DNA of 64,000 nt from Lama glama (Eukaryota), in assembly GCA_028534125.1 (NCBI GenBank), contig CM052817.1:47618001-47682000 (forward strand), in the 5' to 3' direction. Shown in pieces: positions 13,075 through 23,606 of this stretch. Position numbers and translations under genes: made by a program. Positions within the stretch are counted from its first letter, which is position 1, and each line of letters opens with the position of its first letter. The notes beneath the pieces were generated by a model. That model made no database searches. It worked only from the letters and a program-made list of their open reading frames with translations, and was not told the DNA's origin.

Positions 13075-14380
13075 TTTTAAATAAACATTTTATTTTAGAA
13101 TAGTTTTAGATTTATAGAAAAATTAAGAGGTTAGTGCAAAGAGTTCCCATTTACTCCAAACTCAGTTTTACCTATTGATGTTTTATATCAGTATGGTACA
13201 TTTGTTAAAATTCCTGGACCAAGACTGATGCATTATTATTTAACTAATATTCATATTTCCTTTGTTTGTACCTAATGTCCTTTTCTATTCCAGAATCCCG
13301 CTCACAATACCACAATACAGTTAACAGTCACACTTCCTTAGGACTCTCTTGGATGTAACAGTTTTTCAGATTTTCATTGTTTTTGATAACCTCGAGAGTT
13401 TTGAACAGTACTGGTCACGTATTTTTTAGAATGTCCCTCAAAATGATGTTTATGTCATGTTTTCCTCATGATTAAATTGGGGTTATGGGCTTGGGGGATG
13501 AACCACAGAAACAAATTGTCATTCTCATCACATCATCATCAAAGGCATCCACCATTAGTATGACTGTCACTTTTGACATTGACTCTAATCATCTGACTGA
13601 GGTAGTGTTGCTCAGGTTTCTCCACCATCAAGTTACCCTTTCTGCCCCGTCTCCTTTTCGCAGTGTACTCTTTGGAAGGAAGTTATCATGCTTAGTCCAC
13701 TCTTAAGGAGTAGGGCTTTATGCTCCAGCTCCTTGAAGATGAAGTAGCCAGCTATATAAATCATTTGGAACTCTCCTGCATGAGGAAGCTGTCTCTTCTT
13801 TCCTGTTTATTTATTTATTCAGTTGTTTGTTTCTATTAAGATGGACTCTTAAGTGTCTGTCTTAGATTTTGAGTTATAATTCAATACAGACTCATTTATT
13901 TTTTTTGCCCTGATTATTTCAGTTTTGGCCATTGGGAGCTCTTGAAGTTATTTCCTATAATATGTACCCCCTGCCCTTTTTCGGATGGGGGTGGGTATGT
14001 ACTTACTTTTGGCACTGTGAGGTGCTTCAGGCTCACCTTGTGTGATTTCTTGCCCCAGGCCTATAATCAGCCTCTTCTCTGAGGAGCCCTGGTTATTAGA
14101 GAATGGTGTTAGAAGCCAAGCGCTGGACCCGTGTGCACTCATTGCTACTGGGGGAGGGAAAGAACAGATGGTCCAAGCCCTCTTAGCTGTCGGAGCAAGG
14201 AAATATATATACGCACACTAACCCCTGTGTATACACACGTCTGTAAACGTTTCTACATGTAGCCATGCTTGTCTTTATTTAGCTAAATGTGAATTCATAG
14301 TGATGTCTCCACTAATCTATCACCATATGCACCATTCTAGACTCTCTCTCCTTGCTTGTCTGTAATCTCTCACTTACAGG
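13075..14380 (-). mobile_element. L1MC-like 3' end
   Basis: ttttagaatagttttagatttatagaaaaatt...atggtacatttgtta...gtcattctcatcacatcat...ttggccattgggagctct. Confidence 0.85.
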
Positions 14381-14569
14381 GATTTTTTTGAATCATTCAC
14401 TTAAATGTGACATCATATAATCTATTTTGCATCTTTTTTGCCTTTAAGATATTTCTTAGAACTAATTCCAGTTAAACTGAAATAGCTATAAATTGTATTT
14501 TAATTGATACAGTCTATTCCACGTTGCAGATATACTCCAATTCAAGAGGAGACCCATTTCAGTTGTGTT

Positions 14570-14992
14570 TAACACTGAGAGTGATTTAAGGCATATGTTA
14601 CTGGAAAATACAGAAGTAGGATAAAATGATTATAAATCAATAAAAAATGTTAAAAAAAAAAAAGAAGTAGGAGCAACATCAGAGTTGGTTATTTACTAGC
14701 TTAGCATCAAAAAGAAACTGGTTTGTTTCTGTCTGTCTGCAGGTGTCTTCCATCATGTCTACTTATTCTAAGGATGGCTACCTTTCACGTTTCCAGTGTG
14801 GCTCTCAGTTACTCCTCACATCTACATCCAGGGAGAAAGGGTTTATCAAAAGCATCTGCTCAAAAGAGACAGAAAACTTCTTTCCCAGAAGATCTCAGGA
14901 AAACTCCATTAGTCTCGTTGATTTGAATCAGTAATATGATGATCCTTGAGCTCATGACTGTGGTCAGGTGATGATATTACACTGATCAGCTA
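14570..14992 (-). mobile_element. Old MaLR LTR (MLT1J/K-like)
   Basis: Degenerate MLT1-type sequence (ctctcag...cctcacatct...ctttcccagaag...ccttgagctcatgactgtggtcagg). Confidence 0.5.
14622..14662 (+). mobile_element. 41-bp L1 3'-tip insertion with TSD
   Basis: taaaatgattataaatcaataaaaaatgtt + poly(A), flanked by perfect 10-bp TSD agaagtagga (14612-14621, 14663-14672). The same tip occurs at ~32.8 kb. Confidence 0.85.
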
Positions 14993-15152
14993 ATATGGTA
15001 GACGCTAGCCACTTGTGGCTACTTTAATTAAATAAAATAATTAAATTTTCTTAGTCACACTAGCCGCATTTCAAGCACTCAGTAGCTTACTGGCTGCTGG
15101 CTACTATATTGGATATTTCCATCATTGCAGAAAGTTCTAATTCATAGTACTG
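14993..15152. mobile_element. MER3 hAT MITE
   Basis: aatatggtag..ctagccacttgtggcta...cacactagccgcatttcaagcactc...atttccatcattgcagaaagttct. Confidence 0.8.
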
Positions 15153-15611
15153 ATGAGGCCTCAATTATACATCTCCTGCTTAAAACTGTCACCATCTTTC
15201 AAAGAGCATAGACTAGTGGCATGGATCGAGGGAGGTATAGACAGGGAAAATTGCCAAATAAAAATAAAGTTGTTTCTAGGAAAACGGATATGAATATTAA
15301 GGAAGCAATCACAAGGTCCATTACAAGCATACAATTGGTTTTTCAATCACCATTCTGTTGTTATGCATTGACATTACCTCTGTTCCTTAGAACTACACGT
15401 TGTAATCCACAGTCTTGGATGCATATCCTTACATTCTTGTGTTGTGTTTCCCTAGGGAATGGATTCCTTGGAGTAAAATGTGGGGCCAAAGAATACATAT
15501 CATTTTGATTTCAATAGATAGTGTGTGATTACCCTCTAAAGGGTCCTTAATTCCCATTTCAATGAGTAGTACATGAGGAAGGCCCCTTAGCTTTGCTGCT
15601 GACAGCAGTAA

Positions 15612-15866
15612 GGCAGTTTGACACAGTGGTTAAAGCCACAGTCTCTGGAGCCAGGCTGCTTGGGTTCACATTCTAGCTTTGCAACTTTTTAACTCTGTGA
15701 CTTTGAGCAAATTACTAAAACTCAGATTAACCAGGTGTGAAACGGGAATGGTACTAACAGTACCTAAGTCATCTACTTGTTATGAAGAATAAGTGAGTTC
15801 ATATATGTGGAGCATGAGAACAGCACTGAGCATGTAATCAGTGCTTCATAATGTCAGCTGTTATTA
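15612..15866 (+). mobile_element. MIR SINE
   Basis: cagtggttaaagc..ctctggagccaggctgcttgggttc...tgtgactttgagcaaattact. Confidence 0.85.
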
Positions 15867-15879
15867 AGGGAAATGAGTA

Positions 15880-16740
15880 TGTTCACCCCTTCTGATCTTT
15901 ACCAATATGCTATATGAAAAGTATTACCTAATTTTTAATTTAATTTCTAGTTCTTTATTGCGAGGTTGAACATATTTCCATACGGTGTTTGCCTATTTAG
16001 ATTAATTTTGCTGTGAACTACCTATTTACATCTCAAGCAATATTTCTATTGAATTGATTGTCATTTCTTTATTAATTTATAGAAATATTCTGTACATTAA
16101 ATATCTACCTCCAAAAGTTGGGGTTTCCAATCCAAAAGTTTTCCTCCAATCTGTGGAAAGGCTTTTTGACTATATTATGTCTTTCATCAGCATTGTTTAT
16201 TTTCTTGTCTTACTGCAAATGCTTTGGAACTTTCATGTTGAATAATAGATATAACACCTGCAGTGGTCCCTTATTCCTATTTTAATAAAAATGGCTTAAA
16301 TAATCCACTTCTTACAATTTTTTTTCAGTTGGACTTTGGTGAAGACTATTGTAGTTACATAATTTTTATTTATTCTTTCATTTTTTAGCACATTGATTAG
16401 GAAAGACTCAAATTTTATGAAATGCCTTTTAGTATGCCATGATAAAATTAGTTTTTTAAATTGTTGGTTGTGTTACTATAATGACTCATTTTGATAATCG
16501 ACTATTAACTACCTTTGCATTCATAGGGTGTTCTTTTATAGGTCAGACTCCGTTGTTCTTTTGACACACACAATCTTCAGATTTCTAGAAAAAAAAATCT
16601 ATAGTCGTAAATGAGATTAGTCAAACGTGAGATTTAGGTAATCTTCACAAGTCATAGCATTAGTGTTAGGCTATTCTTTGCTTTCCTTATTAGAATAGCT
16701 TAAATAGCCTTGATATTATTTATTCTTCAAAAGAGCAAAA
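15880..16740 (-). mobile_element. Very old L1 (L1ME/HAL1-like) fragments
   Basis: T-rich degenerate L1 antisense motifs (gaggttgaacatatttccata, ctacctttgcattcataggg). Confidence 0.5.
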
Positions 16741-16749
16741 AAATAATAG

Positions 16750-16990
16750 AGTACTTTTATGCCACTCCCTGACCTATGTGCTTTACTCTTATTGTGACAC
16801 TCAGTCCTTATGATGTTCCTTATTAGTTAGAAGCTGTACTTACCATCCCAATGTCAAAACTGAGGAAATTTGAAAATAAATGAAATAGTATGTGTCCAAA
16901 GACAGGCAGCTAATCAAGGAAGAGTCACACATGAAGCTGAGGCTGTCAAATTCCAGAAAATTAGACTTAACCACCGCTGTACGCTGTGTC
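16750..16990 (-). mobile_element. MIR SINE (degenerate)
   Basis: aaaactgagg...tgtccaaagac..cagcta...cttaaccaccgctgtacgctg. Confidence 0.55.
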
Positions 16991-17044
16991 AGCTAGACCC
17001 AACTTTCTTCCAGTGAAATCGGTCTACTTGAGTTTTCTACTTTG

Positions 17045-17350
17045 TTCATTTATACTCATTTGTTAATTGATTCATTCTGTGTGTGTTTGTTAAATGCCTG
17101 CCATGTGTCCCTCTCTGATCTACACACTGGGGATACAGCAGTAAACCAAATACTCTCAGAGGTGGGGAGAGATAATTAATAAGTAAATGCATAATATGCA
17201 AGGCGAAATATTAAGTCAGGTAAGGGGGGTAGGAATTGCAGGGTAGTGGTGATTGCTGTTTCACATATGGTCAGCAAGGGGCTGGCGGATGAGCTGAGAC
17301 TTGAGCAGATTCTGAAGGCAGTGCAATGGTGAGCCTTCTGGAGATCGGGT
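17045..17350 (-). mobile_element. L2 3' end
   Basis: ttcatt...aaatgcctgccatgtgtcc...ctggggatacagcagtaaacca...acttgagcagattctgaagg. Confidence 0.75.
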
Positions 17351-17893
17351 AGGGCGAACTTAGGACTAGGTTTGCTTGGAATGGTTCCAGAATCCAGCTG
17401 CTGGTCTCTGTGTAATTATTATAGCATGCTGTTTTGTTCTCCAGTACAAACTGCGGAGTTCATCTATCACTGGGGGAGGCTGCTCCCAGCAGAAGGAATT
17501 GAGACTGTGAATGGTGGTGGGATGGGTTCAGTGAATAGCAAACAGACCACGTTGGCTGGAGTGGAGTGCACTAGAGGAAAATGTGTTATCTCCTTGGGTA
17601 AATTGGTTAATTTTTATTATTTATGTTATAATAGGATGAGAAATCATTTTTGTCAGAATTAAATATTTATGTTAACACATGACTAGCAGTTTCTTTAAAA
17701 TCATTAATATTGGATGTTTATTCCTCTTAAGTTGTCAGGGAAGACAGCTTTCTTCAGACCAAGGACATATTTCTCTCTTATTTATTTAATAATTTCTTAT
17801 TATTTCTCCATTCTTTTTATCCTTCTAGAATAATACTATTTGCATTTTAGGTATCCATTATTTTCCCCTCATATTTTATCCCTCTGATTTTTT

Positions 17894-18042
17894 AGATTTT
17901 TAGGTTTTTTGGGGGGAGGAGCGGGAGGTAATTAGGTTTATTTATTTATTTACTTTTTTTTTTAGAGAAGGTGCTGGGGATGGAACCCAGGACCCCATGC
18001 ATGCTAAGCTTGTGCTCTGCTACTTTGAGCTGCACCCTCCCC
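17894..18042 (-). mobile_element. tRNA-derived camelid SINE (Vic-1 type)
   Basis: Reverse reads GGGGAGGGTGCAGCTCAAAGTAGCAGAGCACAAGCTTAGCATGCATGGGGTCCTGGGTTCCATCCCCAGCACC...AAATAAATAAACCTAATTACCTCCC (A and B boxes); TSD tctgatttttt at 17883-17893 and 18043-18053. Confidence 0.9.
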
Positions 18043-18709
18043 TCTGATTTTTTTTTTTAATGAACTATTTCTTTAACTTGATGTTCTGGGCCACAGATTC
18101 AATTCTCAATTACTAACATTAGCTCTTTTCACTTGCCTACAGAATGATTTAATTCCAAGAGAATGATTTTTTTGCAGTCTTTTTTTATGCGCTGACTTAA
18201 AATTTTTAAATGTTCTTGATATTGTTTTTGTGCAAATTGTCTGTGTCATGTCCAGTAGTGCTGTTTTTCTCTGAGTTGCCTGTGCTGGTGGTTTTGTTTT
18301 AGGTTCCTCTCTCTGACCACTGACGCCCTTAAATGAATTGGCCTTGCCCTCTGTCATCTGCCTGCTCATGTCCCTGTTCGTGTCTGGCAAGTGGGGCGAG
18401 GCTGTGGGCATTTCTCCAGGCTCCGTACAGCTGTGGGGCAGGAGCAGGGGACCAGAGTCCCCCGCTGTGGGCGAGTGCTCTGCTCGTCTGCAAGCCGTGA
18501 GCCTTTGCTGAGGCACTGACACCCTTTTATTCCTAGATGTCTCTAGTGATGAGCATCAGTATTTCTTAGTCTCAAGCACAGGGATTGGTATAACGCTCCT
18601 ATGAAAACTCTGTCATTCCACTGGGGTGATAAATATCCCCCGTAATTTGCCTATATCATCAATTTTATTTTTCTTTATCACCCATTTCTCAAGCACCGGT
18701 ACTTCTGAT

Positions 18710-19254
18710 GGATGAAATTACTCTTTCTAAAATAGCTCCTGGGGACCTCTGCCTCCTAGTATCTATGCCCTTGTGTAATCTGCCCACTGTCTTCCTTGAA
18801 TAGGTGCCAGACCTAGTGACTTGCTCTTAATGGATAGAATATGACAAAAGTCACGGAAGTCACTTCTGAGATTAGGGTACAGAGGACCGTGGCTTCAGTG
18901 TTGCTTGTGCTCTTTCTCTGGCCCTTCCTTGCTTATTCTGATGAAGCAAGCCGACAAGTTGTAAGCTGCCTAGAGAGAGCAGCAAGGAACAGGGGGGTGG
19001 GGGGCCTCAGGCCAAGAGCCCACAAGAAACTAGATCTTTCCAACTACCTTGTGAGTGGGCTTGGAAGCAGATTCTTCCCCTGCTGTGCCGCCAGATGGCA
19101 CAGCTCGGGCACTGACCTTTATCGCCAGCGTGGGAGGGATTGGGAGTCAGAGGACATGGCATACCCGGTTCCTGACCCACAGAAACTGTCTGATAAATGC
19201 TTTAAGCCACTAAGTTTTGAGATAATTTGTCCGCAGCAGTAGATAACTAACATA
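18710..19254 (+). mobile_element. MaLR LTR (MLT1F-like)
   Basis: gcctcctagtatctatgcccttgtgtaatc...tcacttctgagattagg...cctgacccacagaaactg...tttaagccactaagttttg...gcagcagtagataactaa. Confidence 0.85.
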
Positions 19255-19845
19255 CCCATTATTACTATTACATTTTATCTCCATCCTCTTCCGTCCCAGA
19301 GTGCCTATGCTCCTGGTGGATGGAGTTTTCCCATTGTGAGTCACTTATCCACATCTCCATGCCTTTGTATATGCAATTCCTTTTTATGCCCCCCTTTTTC
19401 CCCATCTGGTAAAATATAAACATAAATTGAGACCCAGTCAGTTACTTCTCCCTGACTCTTTCTCTGATCACATGGACAAATTTTATGACTCAGATCCTAC
19501 ATATGCTTTTATTCTTCTTTTCACATAGATTCAGTCATTTCCTTTGCCTAAGACTGCACCCTCAGCACCTAGTAGGGTGACTAACACATTGTAGGTAAAA
19601 GACTAGATTTTCCTGAACTAAGTTGAATCTCCTCTTCTCATTAAGATTTTTCCCATGTCCTATTTCCCTCAGCTGGAAAACTTCACTCACTCTTGAGTGA
19701 AAGTGAAGTTACTGAGAAATAACCACTGTCAGCTTTCTCAAGTGGATGATTTTATTTTTATTTATGTCAACTAATATTTTGTTTTGAAAATGTTCATATT
19801 GAATGCTTGAACTGTATTGCTTTACACTCATAACTTTTCTCTTAC

Positions 19846-19949
19846 TTATCTTCAGATTATTCCACACCTCCCAAAATACTTAACATTTTTACACTTAGTT
19901 GCTTCAAAGCAATTTCTTTAGAGGCTGACTTCGCTGCTGCACAGCAAAA
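19846..19949 (-). pseudogene. Putative decayed exon 7 of JmjC-SLC35F-like relic (late TM segment)
   Basis: Acceptor tttctcttcag| and donor |gtaaga. Phase-1 start gives VLLC, then (shifted) AAKSASKEIALKQLSVKMLSILGGVE*. Spacing resembles the penultimate SLC35F exon (…ILISIGTVLS…). Weak similarity. Confidence 0.4.
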
Positions 19950-20281
19950 CTGAAGAGAAACCATTTGTTTCTTCAAATTGCCTTGTTTATTTCAACATAG
20001 GCAGCAAGTACACGTAGAGTGTAAAATTTAAAGAAGGAACAAGTTCCTTTGACTTGTTTGTGGTGTCAACAGATTCTTGGAAGAATAAGAAATTCAAGCA
20101 TGCTTTTGGTTATAAAAGCAAATATTCCAAATTTTCCCTAAAATAGGTTTTTGAAATCTTTGCATTGTATATGTAGAAAAAGAATCAAATGCATGGGAAT
20201 GCTGCTTTCCTGATTTTGCTAAACAAAAATATCTTTTGAATTTAAATATGCATACTGTTCAGTTTTTTAATCTTTGTGTCT

Positions 20282-20797
20282 TGTCTACTTACCGATTGCT
20301 ACAAGAATGCTATGTAACAAACAACCATGCAACTTTAGAGGCCTGTAATAATTTTGTTTTCCTTCTAAAGGCCATTGGAAATTCTGCTAATCTGAACTGG
20401 GCATGGTAAGTCTCACCCACACATCTATGAACAGCTATAGGTTGGCTTTGCTGTTATCAACTGAGCTTTCTGAAGTGTCTGAGGCTTCAGCTGGGACAAC
20501 CGGGCTGAGTCAGTTCTACCTGCAGGTGTCTCTGTAAGTCACATCCTGCGGGCTAGCTGGAGCATGGGCATGTTCTCATGATAAAGACAGGAGCAAGAGA
20601 GAGTCCAGGTCACAAAGCCTCAAGTCCTGGAATACTATCTTCCTGTTAACAGAAAATCACAAGCACAGCCTAGATTCAGGGGGTAGGGAAAGTCTCCATC
20701 TCCTTATGAGAGAGTCTACAAGTTCACATGGGAAGTGCATAGTTACAGGGAAGGATAAAGACTTGCAACTTTTTGGCGGGGGGGGCAATCTATTACA
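20282..20797 (-). mobile_element. MaLR LTR (MLT1G/H-like)
   Basis: attgctacaagaatgctatgtaacaaacaacca...cagctgggacaac...ggcatgttctcatg...cagcctagattcagggggtaggga...aatctattaca. Confidence 0.8.
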
Positions 20798-21369
20798 GTA
20801 TGTTTACTCTTGAAGGGATTTAAAACATAAAGAAACTATAAACTCAGCTTATAAAATATGTCATTGATTACTTTGCAATCAATGTTTCTGGAGAAATATT
20901 CTAGAGAAATTTAAATTGTAAGATCATTAGTTTTTATTTTATTACCTTGTGGGTAGAGAGCAAAACTTTGAAGGTGTTTTAATTATTTAAAGATTCCTAA
21001 GATGGACATATTAAACAAACACATTTGTGATCTTATCTAGAAAAGAGATAAGTGCTAAAAACATTAAAAAATGTTCCTTGGGCTTCATGAAAAAGTAAAA
21101 AAATAATGATTAAAATGTATTACCCTGAGTCTTCAGATAGTGATGCCTCCCTTACCTAACAGCATTGCTATTTACACTTACACTAGCTGCTAGAATATGT
21201 TGCCTTAAACATAAAGTACACCTAGAGATGTTAAATTATTATGACTCATGTGCAAAGGAATACCTAAAAAAAAAAAATCCTCAGGTACCACACAGTTACA
21301 AATAGATTATTTGATGCCTAACCGTTTTATTTGGATCTTGGTAAAAACCATATTCTCCATTTACATTTT

Positions 21370-21605
21370 AATAATAATGGTTCCTGAACACATGGAGACT
21401 TACTATATGCCAGGTATGGTTATACACAGTCTGTGTGCATTAACTCTCAACATTTCTTTGAGGAAGGGAGATTTTCTATATTTCATAGCTAGCACAGCCA
21501 AGTCACAGAGAAGTTAGGTGGCCTGTCCAAGGTCGCACAACTGGCAGGTGGTAGAACCAGAATCTGAACCCAAGTAGTATGGCTCATTCTCTTAACAACT
21601 GTGTC
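21370..21605 (-). mobile_element. MIR SINE
   Basis: cttactatatgccaggta...cacagagaagttaggtggcctgtccaaggtcgcacaactgg...tgaacccaag. Confidence 0.85.
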
Positions 21606-21859
21606 AGTTTGCCTAGTAATGGATTAGCATCATTCTCACCCTTGTCTATACTTTCCCTGATAACAAGGGCTGGAAATCAAGAAATTTACTCTGCTCTAGA
21701 CTAGATCAACCATGAGAGGCAGTGACATGAGATTTGGAAAGTGGAGGAGAAGCAGAAACTGTACTTTGCTCCCCCAATAATGGTGGGCAGATATATGGGC
21801 TTCAGCAGATGCAAAGCCTTTCACTATCCTCTAACTTATTTATATGTATATATATATGT

Positions 21860-22350
21860 ATATATACTTCTATACACATGCACATGATGGAATATTATTT
21901 AGCCTTTACAAAGAAGGAAATCCTATCATTTGTGACAACATGCATGGACATAGAGGATATTAGGTGAAGTGAAATAAGCCAGTCATAGAAAGAAAAAGAC
22001 GGCATGATTCACATCTATGAAATGTCTAAAATAGTTAGAAGCAGAGAATGCAGTCTTGGTTGCCAGTGGCTAGGAAGTGGGGAAACAGGGAGTTGCTATT
22101 TAACGTTTATAAAGTTTCAGTTGTGCTAGATGAAGACGTTCTAGAGATCGGCTCTGCAACCTAGTGCCGGGAGTTAACATTATGGTATTGTGCACTGCAG
22201 AATTTAAGAGGGTAGAGCTCATGTGTTAGTACCAGAAAACAAAATAAAACAAAAGCAAAGGGACACAAGGAAACTCTGGGAAGTGTTGGATATGTCTATT
22301 ACCTTGACTGTGTTGCTATCATGGGTGTTTACATGCGTCCAAACTCAAGC
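21860..22350 (+). mobile_element. L1MA-like 3' end
   Basis: atggaatattatttagcc...aagaaggaaatcct..catttgtgacaacatg...aagtgaaataagccagtca...ttctagagatc. Confidence 0.9.
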
Positions 22351-23213
22351 GGAGTGGGGAGGAAGACAGGTCTTTGAGAATGGCGGGGTCTTATTTTAAG
22401 TCAAAATCAGGTATTAATTCCATTGACTGCTCTTCCAGAAGTACTTTTACAAGAATAAATCAGCAGAGCCTCAGAAACCTGGCATATAGGTCTCTGTCTA
22501 AAAAAATATCTATTTGCATGTGAACAAAGTCTACAAGAGCCAGTTTGCTTTCTCTGTGCAGAGACAGTAGCATATCTTCATTCCTCTACCGCAGGACCCT
22601 GTCAAACTATGTCAGTTCTTCAGCTCTGTTTCATAATCTAGCTCACAGGGACCTTGATCACATTCCTATTACTGTTCTACTAAAACAGTATCATATTAAT
22701 CCAACCTGGTGAGCAGAAATTAGCTAATACAGTTGATGACTTGATGAGACACATGAATATCAGAGGGTAGGAGATAATCCCCATGAAAATTCAGGAACCT
22801 GCTAACTTAATGAAGTTTCTAGGGGAATAATGGTCCAAGGCATGAATGGTTATTCACTCCAAAGGGAAGAGCAGTTGCTGTATCTTGTACCCTTCAAAAA
22901 CTAAGAAACACAGCACTTGATGGGCTCATCTGACTTCTATAAACAATACTTACTAAAAGGTAATTGACATATTTGCTAAATAACCCATAATAGTGCTAAA
23001 TTGTTTTGTTGGTTTTTTTTTTTTTTTGGCAGCAGATTCATGCTGAGTCTTGGGTCTTAAGGTTACAGAGATCCAATTGTGCCTAAAAGATCTGTGATAG
23101 ATGGGGATAATGAAGGGAAATTCTGCCAACTCCTAGGGAAGAAAAACAAACCCAGTCCTAAGGGTTTTACAGAAAATCCATTTTCTTTTAAGAAAATGGC
23201 AAACTTCCTCTTT

Positions 23214-23606
23214 TATTCTTTTTTTAATTAAGTATTTTATTGATCAGATGTGGTTAACCGCATATGACTTCTGGTAACATGGTATAGATTTCTCTGTTAT
23301 TTCTACTCTGATACTGGACCCATTCATCTGTTTTTTTTTAAGTTGAAGTATAGTCAGTTACAATGTGTCAATTTCTGGTGTGCAGCATAATGTCCCAGTC
23401 ATGCCTATATATACATATATTCATTTTCATACTCTTTTTTTCATTAAAGGTTATTAAAGATATTGAATGTAGTTCCTTGTGCTATACAGAAGAAAATTTT
23501 TAATGTATTTTTACATTATAGTGGTTAATATTTGCAATTTATCCCTTCCCACCCTCTTTCCCCCAGTAACCATAAGATTGTTTACTATGCCTGCAAGTCT
23601 GTTTCT
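23214..23606 (-). mobile_element. Truncated L1 with 3' transduction
   Basis: On minus: L1 3' end (23606-23341), A-tract (23331-23339), ~100 nt non-L1 sequence, AATAAA (23236-23241) and a second A-tail; TSD ggcaaacttcctcttt (23198-23213) / ggcaaactgccttttc (23607-23622). Confidence 0.8.

Noticed and set aside
23232..23330. Independent processed pseudogene 3' end
   Set aside because: It has no TSD of its own and shares one TSD pair with the adjacent L1, so it is better explained as a transduction.
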